This document shows positions 57,715 to 64,000 of a stretch of 64,000 nt of DNA, piece after piece. Position 1 is the stretch's first letter, and each line of letters opens with the position of its first letter. Below the pieces are notes generated by a model. It ran no database searches. It saw nothing but the letters and a program-made list of their open reading frames with translations, and was not told the origin of the DNA. A program made the translations under genes and the position numbers. Source of the DNA: Candidatus Gottesmanbacteria bacterium (GTDB lineage: Bacteria > Patescibacteriota > Microgenomatia > UBA10105 > UBA927); contig CAWEKC010000001.1 of the NCBI GenBank assembly GCA_963809665.1, positions 94,209 to 158,208 of the forward strand, written 5' to 3'.

Positions 57715-58749
57715 ATGCCGGTCGATGCAAAACTACAGGCGGTAAAACTCGCGATGGAACAGATTGAGAAACAATATGGCAAAGGTTCCATCATGAAACT
57801 CGGGGAAAAATCAGCCCACGTGGCAATTGACGTTATCCCTACCGGAATATTGCCGCTTGATTTAGCATTAGGGGTCGGCGGATTACCGAGAGGAAGAATC
57901 GTTGAAATCTACGGACCCGAAGCGTCAGGAAAAACAACGGTCTGTTTATCGACCATCGCAGAAGCGCAAAAAGCCGGAGGAACCGCGGCATTTATTGATG
58001 CTGAACATGCCCTCGATCCGCAATGGGCGGAAATACTGGGAATAAAACTCGATGACCTTCTTATTTCCCAACCTGATACAGGCGAACAGGCGCTGGAAAT
58101 TGCCGAAACGTTAATACGAAGCGGCGGTGTTGATATCATCGTTATCGACTCCGTTGCCGCGTTGGTTCCGCGGGCGGAAATCGAAGGAGAAATGGGTGAC
58201 AGCATGATGGGTGTCCATGCCCGGCTCATGTCACAGGCCCTGCGGAAACTTACAGCCGTTATTTCCCGATCAAAGGCGGTCGTCATATTTACCAACCAGC
58301 TGCGCCAGAAAATAGGTGTCATGTTCGGAAACCCCGAAACGACAACCGGCGGTATGGCATTGAAATTTTATTCAAGTGTTCGCATGGATTCACGGAAAAT
58401 TGAAAGTCTGAAAGACGGTGATAAAGTGATCGGCAGCCGGCACCGAGTGCGCGTGGTAAAAAATAAGGTCTCTCCCCCGTTCCGGTTTGCGGAGTTTGAT
58501 GTCATGCATGACGGCGTATCGCAGGAAGGCGGACTTATCGACGTAGGACTAGAATTTAATATTCTTACCAAGTCCGGAGCATTCTTAAAATACGGAACTC
58601 AAATGTTAGGGCAAGGTCGCGAAGCGGCCAAACTGTTCCTCAAAGAAAATTCCAAGGTGATGAAGGAAATAACCGACGCAATCTGGAAAGTGGTGAAAGA
58701 AGGGCGCGCCGCCTCCAAAGTCGCCATGGGAGTGGAAGAGGAAGAATAA
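57715..58749 (+). CDS. recA: recombinase RecA
   Basis: Start [27 protein letters not shown] with AAAGGAAAC SD. Walker [11 protein letters not shown]1/L2 loops. 344 aa. Confidence 0.95.
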   Translation: MPVDAKLQAVKLAMEQIEKQYGKGSIMKLGEKSAHVAIDVIPTGILPLDLALGVGGLPRGRIVEIYGPEASGKTTVCLSTIAEAQKAGGTAAFIDAEHALDPQWAEILGIKLDDLLISQPDTGEQALEIAETLIRSGGVDIIVIDSVAALVPRAEIEGEMGDSMMGVHARLMSQALRKLTAVISRSKAVVIFTNQLRQKIGVMFGNPETTTGGMALKFYSSVRMDSRKIESLKDGDKVIGSRHRVRVVKNKVSPPFRFAEFDVMHDGVSQEGGLIDVGLEFNILTKSGAFLKYGTQMLGQGREAAKLFLKENSKVMKEITDAIWKVVKEGRAASKVAMGVEEEE

Positions 58750-58973
58750 CTGATTTAAAAAGTAAATTCAAGATTCAAAACTTTTTCTGTAACTAGCTGG
58801 GATTTCTCCAATCTTGACACCTTATCTTGAACTTCTTGGGCTCTTTTCAAAATCCGCGCTTCTATCGCTTCACGGCTATTTGGATCAACTGGTAATTTTG
58901 GAACAGATAGAGACGTATCTTGTCCCGTTGTTGGTGCAAGTTCTTTACGCATATAACTATTATAGTACAAAGA

Positions 58974-59495
58974 TTACCGTTTCGGTGACTGTTTGCGCGC
59001 ACGGGCTTTTCCGGCGAAGCCTGCCTTGCGGCGCTGCTTGGCCCGCGGGTCACGCATCAGGAATCCGTGTTTCTTCAGAATCGGACGGAATTTTTCCAGA
59101 TCTACTTTGATGAGTGCGCGGGATAATGCGTGTATTGTCGCTGCCAGCTGCCCTGTTAGTCCCCCACCCGTGGTCGTCACGGATACGGCGAACCTGCTCA
59201 TCGTGTTGGTTGTGCGGAACGGTTCCTGATACCGTTTCTTAAATATTTCGCCGGGGAAAAACTTCTCGACGGGTAACCCATTAACAATCATACCGCCTTT
59301 TTCCACCGGTTTTCCGCTTATCGTCACGGATTCATCTTTGACCACATACAGACGGGCACGGGCTGAGGCGGTTTTCCTGCGGCCTACCGCTTCGTAGTAT
59401 GAAACCTTATCCTTGTCCGCCGGAGCTTTAGCGGAGGTGGATTCCTTGACGGCTTCTTTCTTTATTTCTGTATCTTTTATCGGTTTATCTGCCAT
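58974..59495 (-). CDS. rpsI: 30S ribosomal protein S9 with about 30-aa N-terminal extension
   Basis: YYEAVGRRKTASARARLYV ... C-terminal GGGLTGQLAATIHALSRAL...RDPRAKQRRKAGFAGKARARKQSPKR. Confidence 0.9.
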   Translation of the reverse strand: MADKPIKDTEIKKEAVKESTSAKAPADKDKVSYYEAVGRRKTASARARLYVVKDESVTISGKPVEKGGMIVNGLPVEKFFPGEIFKKRYQEPFRTTNTMSRFAVSVTTTGGGLTGQLAATIHALSRALIKVDLEKFRPILKKHGFLMRDPRAKQRRKAGFAGKARARKQSPKR

Positions 59496-59497
59496 AG

Positions 59498-59914
59498 TTA
59501 TTTAGTAAATTTATCTTTATACGGGTAATCCGCTTCCGGAAAAATATACAGACGCGTCACGAGTCTGTCGCGGAGTTTATTCTTGGGCAACATCCCCCAC
59601 ACGGCATGACGGATAGGTTCCGTCGGCTTTTCCTGTTTCACCTGCCAGAGCGCTTTTTGCTTGAGCCCTCCCGGATGACCGGAATAATTGCCGTACAGTT
59701 TCTGCTTATCTTTCCGTCCTGTGACAATGAAGTGCGCGGCATTAATAACAACGACATTATCACCGCAATCCAATGAACGCACGAAGTTCCTTTTGCCTTT
59801 GCCCATAAGTTTTTGCGCAATCTCCGTAGCGACGCGGCCCAACACCTTACCTTTCACGTCAACGAGTTGCCAATTATGCTCAAGTTCTGATACTTTGGTT
59901 GCCGGTGTATTCAT
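59498..59914 (-). CDS. rplM: 50S ribosomal protein L13
   Basis: NWQLVDVKGKVLGRVATEIAQKLMGKGKRNF...HFIVTG..KQKLYGNYSGHPGGLK. Confidence 0.9.
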   Translation of the reverse strand: MNTPATKVSELEHNWQLVDVKGKVLGRVATEIAQKLMGKGKRNFVRSLDCGDNVVVINAAHFIVTGRKDKQKLYGNYSGHPGGLKQKALWQVKQEKPTEPIRHAVWGMLPKNKLRDRLVTRLYIFPEADYPYKDKFTK

Positions 59915-59915
59915 A

Positions 59916-60353
59916 TTATTTTTTTGTTATTTTTCGTACCGTCTTTTTAACAGGTTTCTTCACATCTGCTTTTGGTTTAACAATTTCCACTTTTACGCGC
60001 TCATCAACAAGTTGAAATAACACTTCTTCCGTTGAGTCCCCCAGACGTTTTCCTAAATGGATGATCCTCGTAAAACCGCTGGCGCGGTTGCCGAACCGGG
60101 TTTTCGCATCCGCAAGTAACGCATGCTCAATATCTTTGCTGGCAAGTACTTTCTCAATTTGGTTCCGGCTTGCCTGCGACCCGTTTTTTGCCTTAGTAAT
60201 TAGCTTCTCGATCATCGGCTGGGAGGCTTTTGCTTTAGGCAGGGTCGTTTTAATTGATCCGTGAACGAGCAAATCCCGCACAATCCCCTGGAACAGGCGT
60301 CTGCGTTCGTTTTTCGTCCTCGAAAATTTTCGTCCGAATACAGAATGTCGCAT
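59916..60353 (-). CDS. rplQ: 50S ribosomal protein L17
   Basis: MRHSVFGRKFSRTKNERRRLFQGIVRDLLVHGSIKTTLPKAKA...GFTRIIHLGKRLGD. Confidence 0.9.
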   Translation of the reverse strand: MRHSVFGRKFSRTKNERRRLFQGIVRDLLVHGSIKTTLPKAKASQPMIEKLITKAKNGSQASRNQIEKVLASKDIEHALLADAKTRFGNRASGFTRIIHLGKRLGDSTEEVLFQLVDERVKVEIVKPKADVKKPVKKTVRKITKK

Positions 60354-60357
60354 AGGT

Positions 60358-61278
60358 TTATACGGTTAATGCCACTCCCTTTTCCCGGAGTTTTTCTTCG
60401 ACAACCGCCAAAGATTTCGTTCCGAGATTTTTAATTTTCATAAGTTCAGTTTTTTGCGTTCCCAATAATTGTCCTATCGTTTCTATGCCGCCGTTGGCAA
60501 GCGCATTCACGATACGGGTCGGGATATCCAATTCCTCAATACGCATCTTGAGAACTTCATCTGAAACTGCCGGCGTTACGGCAACTGTTTCAGCCGCTCC
60601 CTGGACTTTCGGCTCATAGACCTGCACGAAATATGAATTTAATATTTTTGCCGCGGATTTAAGGGCGTCAAGCGCGCTCAGGGTTGCATCCGTCCAGATT
60701 TCCATGACAAGCCGGTCAAGGTTGGTCATACGGCCCACACGGGTGGCTTCCACCCGGTAATTCACACGGACAACCGGAGAAAACAGCGCATCCACTGACA
60801 TCACGCCGACTTCATCATAATGTTTTTCATCCGCTGATACATATCCCATACCGCGCTCAGCCGTAAGTGTTGCATCAAGCGTTGACTTTTTATCTGCCAA
60901 GTGAGCCAGCACCAGATCTTTGTTTACAATAGTGACATTTCCAGGGACTTCAATATCCGAAGCTGTCACTTCGCCAGGTCCGGTTTTGGAAATAGTCATA
61001 TTCACGGGTTCATTCCCGTCGATAGTAAGACGGACTTTCTTAAGATTCATCAGGAATTCCACAACATCTTCCTTCATGCCCGGAAGCGTGGAGAATTGAT
61101 GTTTAACGCCTTCAATTTTTGCCGTTACGATCGCACTTCCCGGAAGCGAAGCCAGAAGAACGCGCCGGAGACTGTTTCCCAACGTCTGACCATACCCCTG
61201 ATCCAGAGGCTCCAGAATGAATTTCCCGTATCCGGGTTTATCAATTGCCGTTTCTGTTTGAAAATTTGAATCTACCAT
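60358..61278 (-). CDS. rpoA: DNA-directed RNA polymerase subunit alpha
   Basis: PLDQGYGQTLGNSLRRVLLASLPGSAIV, C-terminal domain with TRIVNALANGGIETIGQL. 306 aa. Confidence 0.9.
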   Translation of the reverse strand: MVDSNFQTETAIDKPGYGKFILEPLDQGYGQTLGNSLRRVLLASLPGSAIVTAKIEGVKHQFSTLPGMKEDVVEFLMNLKKVRLTIDGNEPVNMTISKTGPGEVTASDIEVPGNVTIVNKDLVLAHLADKKSTLDATLTAERGMGYVSADEKHYDEVGVMSVDALFSPVVRVNYRVEATRVGRMTNLDRLVMEIWTDATLSALDALKSAAKILNSYFVQVYEPKVQGAAETVAVTPAVSDEVLKMRIEELDIPTRIVNALANGGIETIGQLLGTQKTELMKIKNLGTKSLAVVEEKLREKGVALTV

Positions 61279-61291
61279 ATTTTCTCCTTTC

Positions 61292-61912
61292 CTAACGTGA
61301 ATAATGTTCTACAATTAATTGCTCGCTGATGTCTTCCTTGACGTCACCTCTCACCGGCAGCCGGACGATTTTAATGACCGGCCCTTTCCGTTCTACCCAT
61401 TCCGGCATTTTTATAGTTTTATCTTCCAATAATTTCTTAACAGCCGGAATCTCTAAAGATTTCGATTTCATCGTGATAACCTGATCCTTCTCAATAAGAT
61501 AGGACGGGATTGTCACTTTAGCACCATCCACCGTTACATGCCCGTGATTCACGAACTGCCGTGCGGAGGCTCTGGTTGGGGCTAAACTTGCCCGATACAG
61601 AACATTATCGAGACGCCGCTCCATAAATTCCAGAAGTTTTTCACCGGTATTCCCTTTCCATTTCTTTGCCCGTTCAAATGTTTTTCTGAACTGCCGCTCG
61701 AGTAGGCCATACATCCGTTTCACTTTTTGTTTCTCACGCAGTTGCTCTCCGTATCCGGACACTTTCCGTTTGCCCTTTGCCCCGTGCTGTCCGGGGGGTA
61801 TGTTTGCCCGGCGTAGGTACGACGCATGGGATTTACTACCCACGGTTTTAAGTCCGAGGTCAATACCCTCACGTCGGGATAATCTGGTTTTCGGTCCTGT
61901 ATATCGTGCCAT
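61292..61912 (-). CDS. rpsD: 30S ribosomal protein S4
   Basis: MARYTGPKTRLSRREGIDL ... QHGAKGKRKVSGYGEQLREKQK ... S4 domain RRLDNVLYRASLA. Confidence 0.9.
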   Translation of the reverse strand: MARYTGPKTRLSRREGIDLGLKTVGSKSHASYLRRANIPPGQHGAKGKRKVSGYGEQLREKQKVKRMYGLLERQFRKTFERAKKWKGNTGEKLLEFMERRLDNVLYRASLAPTRASARQFVNHGHVTVDGAKVTIPSYLIEKDQVITMKSKSLEIPAVKKLLEDKTIKMPEWVERKGPVIKIVRLPVRGDVKEDISEQLIVEHYSR

Positions 61913-61923
61913 AATTTATTGTT

Positions 61924-62295
61924 TTATACTCTCCGTTTTTTCTTTGCCCGTACGCCGTTGTGCGGCATCGGAGTCACATCAGCAATGAGCGAAATAATTA
62001 AACCTACTGCTTTCAAACCACGAAGCGCTGCGTCACGACCGGCTCCCGGTCCTTTAATATACACTTCAACCTCACGAAGCCCCTGATCCTGTGCTTTGCG
62101 GGCAACGGCCTCTACTGCAGTCGTTGCGGCATACGGCGTTGATTTGCGTGCGCCCTTAAACCCTGCCATTCCCGAGGATCCCCAGCAAATCGTATTGCCC
62201 TGTTCGTCAGTAATGGTAACCAGCGTGTTGTTAAAGGTCGCAGTAATGAACACCTTTCCCTTTTCTACAACCCGATGTACTTTTTTGACTGCCAT
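61924..62295 (-). CDS. rpsK: 30S ribosomal protein S11
   Basis: [39 protein letters not shown]...[16 protein letters not shown]. Confidence 0.9.
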   Translation of the reverse strand: MAVKKVHRVVEKGKVFITATFNNTLVTITDEQGNTICWGSSGMAGFKGARKSTPYAATTAVEAVARKAQDQGLREVEVYIKGPGAGRDAALRGLKAVGLIISLIADVTPMPHNGVRAKKKRRV

Positions 62296-62296
62296 A

Positions 62297-62719
62297 TTAT
62301 TTCTTCTCCTCCGCTGCTGGTGGCGCGGTTGTATCCGTCTTTATACGGTCGTCTTTCTTCATTGCCCCGATTGTCATGCGTTTGCCGCGTTTGGTACGGG
62401 CATTACTGCGTGTACGCTGTCCGCGGGAGGGCAGTTTCTTAACGTGTCTGGAACCGCGATAGGAGCGGATTTCGATAAGCCGTTTAATGTTATCGGAAAC
62501 TTCCTTACGCAGGTCCCCTTCAACGCTATAGCCTTTTTCCAATATTTTTGCGATTTTATTGACTTCTTCGTCGGTCAGAGTTTTCACCCGCCGAGACCCG
62601 TCCATTTGGGCTTCCTTTAAAACGTTAACCACGTTGCTTCTTCCTATCCCGTAGAGATAGGTCAATGCAATATCCAGTCGTTTTTCGTTTGGTAAGTCTA
62701 CTCCTGCGATACGGGCCAT
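62297..62719 (-). CDS. rpsM: 30S ribosomal protein S13
   Basis: [29 protein letters not shown] ... YRGSRH ... [13 protein letters not shown]. Confidence 0.9.
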   Translation of the reverse strand: MARIAGVDLPNEKRLDIALTYLYGIGRSNVVNVLKEAQMDGSRRVKTLTDEEVNKIAKILEKGYSVEGDLRKEVSDNIKRLIEIRSYRGSRHVKKLPSRGQRTRSNARTKRGKRMTIGAMKKDDRIKTDTTAPPAAEEKK

Positions 62720-62739
62720 AAATTAATTAATAATAAAAC

Positions 62740-62853
62740 CTAACCCTGTCTTTGTTTATGCTTCGGATTTTCGCAAATGATGTACACCTTTCCGTTCCGG
62801 CGTACTACTTTGCATTTATCACAAATTGTTTTTACGCTTGCTCGTACTTTCAT
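62740..62853 (-). CDS. rpmJ: 50S ribosomal protein L36
   Basis: Reverse complement encodes [37 protein letters not shown] (37 aa, CxxC...C..H zinc ribbon). Below the ORF-track length cutoff. Confidence 0.85.
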   Translation of the reverse strand: MKVRASVKTICDKCKVVRRNGKVYIICENPKHKQRQG

Positions 62854-62892
62854 ATAAATAAAAATAAAATTATTTTATAAAAATATGTTTTT

Positions 62893-63111
62893 TTATTTAA
62901 CCCGATATGTGATTCTTCCTTTTGTAGAATCATACGGTGTGACCTCGACTTTGACTTTATCTCCGGGCATGATCCTGATAAAATTCAACCGCATCTTTCC
63001 CGATAAATGACATAAAATGATATGCCCATTACTTAACTTTACCCGAAACAATGTATTGGGCAGACATTCGGCAACGACTCCTTCTACTTCAATATTTCCC
63101 TGATGGGCCAT
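62893..63111 (-). CDS. infA: translation initiation factor IF-1
   Basis: [63 protein letters not shown] (S1-like OB fold). Confidence 0.9.
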   Translation of the reverse strand: MAHQGNIEVEGVVAECLPNTLFRVKLSNGHIILCHLSGKMRLNFIRIMPGDKVKVEVTPYDSTKGRITYRVK

Positions 63112-63177
63112 AATAACAAAAACAACAAAAATATCCCTCTTTGAATCGAGGTTTCTGTCAATGCAAGCAATTGTACC

Positions 63178-63936
63178 TCAATTTCCCGATTTGGTCAACA
63201 CGACGGGGCCGCCCGTCGTTATGGCCAGGGTATGCTCAAAAACCGAGGTTAGTGAGTGATCCCGGGTCGCCAGGGTCCAGCCATCTTCATTCTGATATAC
63301 GATCTCGCCGCGGCCTTCCGCATAAATCGGCTCAATGGCAATTGTCATACCCTCTTTGAGCGGCAGAGTATTCTCAATTGACCCGCGCAAAAAATTAGGA
63401 ATCTGCGGCTCCTCATGAAGCTCGCGTCCGATACCATGCCCGACAAGAGATTTGACGATACTATAGCCGGCGCCCTCTATCGTTTCCTGCACGACTTTAG
63501 AAATATTTCCGATCCTGTTGCCTATTTTTGACTCCTTAATGGCTCTTTCCAGTGCCAACTTCCCGGTGTGCAGAAATTCTTCATTCTTTTTTGACTGCCC
63601 GATGATTTTAGTTCCCGCCGTATCCGTATGAAAACCTTTATAAATAAGACCTATATCTATCGTCAGGATGTCGCCGTCTTTCAAAACGTATTGTGTCGGA
63701 ATTCCATGAACAACAACCTCGTTGACATTGAGACACGTTGCCCATGTATATCCGGGAACGGATTTAAAAGATGCAGTCGCACCTTCTTTTCCAATCAGCT
63801 CATTTGCACGTTTTTCTATGTCCGTAAGGATAACGCCGGGCGCAGAATGTGCCAATAAATCATCAAGAATAGTACCGAGTTTTCTTCCTCCCTCACGCAT
63901 GAGTGCAATTTCTTCGGGGGTTTTGAGGTGGATCAT
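63178..63936 (-). CDS. map: type I methionine aminopeptidase
   Basis: MIHLKTPEEIALMREGGRKLGTIL; metal ligands in DGDILTIDIG, HGIGRELHEEP, IAIEP; 252 aa. Confidence 0.9.
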   Translation of the reverse strand: MIHLKTPEEIALMREGGRKLGTILDDLLAHSAPGVILTDIEKRANELIGKEGATASFKSVPGYTWATCLNVNEVVVHGIPTQYVLKDGDILTIDIGLIYKGFHTDTAGTKIIGQSKKNEEFLHTGKLALERAIKESKIGNRIGNISKVVQETIEGAGYSIVKSLVGHGIGRELHEEPQIPNFLRGSIENTLPLKEGMTIAIEPIYAEGRGEIVYQNEDGWTLATRDHSLTSVFEHTLAITTGGPVVLTKSGN

Positions 63937-64000
63937 ACGAGTTTATTGTATATCGACTCTAACTGACTCTGAAACGCGGCTTCATCACTGTCATTCACCA
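63933..64000 (-). CDS. partial CDS (C-terminal end only), possibly adenylate kinase by conserved gene order
   Basis: Reverse complement ends ...VNDSDEAAFQSQLESIYNKLV with its stop overlapping the map ATG (ATGA). Identity is inferred only from the usual secY-adk-map-infA order. Confidence 0.25.
   Translation of the reverse strand, partial: VNDSDEAAFQSQLESIYNKLV

Noticed and set aside
57539-57730. 63-aa minus-strand ORF between the HAD hydrolase gene and recA
   Set aside because: It is fully explained by tRNA-Pro(GGG) at 57561-57637, which has a complete cloverleaf and encoded CCA.
58755-58970. 71-aa minus-strand ORF immediately downstream of rpsI
   Set aside because: It is open and co-oriented with the ribosomal operon, but it has no SD and no recognisable motif, and a competing plus-strand ORF exists. 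I cannot support it as a gene without conservation data.
1-64000. CRISPR arrays, IS elements and transposases
   Set aside because: No run of regularly spaced direct repeats and no transposase or integrase-like ORF was seen. The only repeats are the PT-linker hexamer repeat and the short palindromic hairpins.

Overview
This 64 kb window is gene-dense, about 50% GC, with short spacers and many ATGA/TAATG stop-start overlaps. GAD-less AspRS, short MiaA/MiaB-like/RpoA and a half-length SufD make a reduced-genome bacterium, possibly CPR/Patescibacteria-like, the most plausible source; this is inference. I call about 85 protein genes, tRNA-Gln(CTG), tRNA-Pro(GGG) and an RNase P RNA candidate (rnpB) that the ORF track cannot show. 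The coding content includes:
- a co-directional block sufC-sufB-sufD(short)-Rieske-sufS-sufU-ferredoxin-2-oxoacid:ferredoxin oxidoreductase alpha/beta, plus a PIG-L deacetylase and Lon protease;
- two ABC export systems (an ABC-2 pair and a MacA/MacB/FtsX-type tripartite set);
- a flavinylation module (FMN-binding protein with DGVTGAT motif, ApbE, and a membrane FNR-like flavoprotein) immediately followed by a two-component system;
- an AT-rich (about 31% GC) roughly 1.6 kb islet next to tRNA-Gln holding two orphan proteins and a tentative CPBP/Abi-like membrane protein;
- housekeeping genes obg, greA, era, gltX, aspS, recJ, cca, secDF, miaA/miaB-like, hup, rny, recX, recA;
- a compact ribosomal cluster (map-infA-rpmJ-rpsM-rpsK-rpsD-rpoA-rplQ-rplM-rpsI).
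Other observations are a 47-aa zinc-ribbon micro-ORF with a perfect Shine-Dalgarno, a possible 45-aa overlapping basic micro-ORF, a recurring GC-rich palindromic hairpin at three intergenic sites, and a shared TGGTATACT extended -10 motif. I saw no CRISPR array, integrase or transposase.
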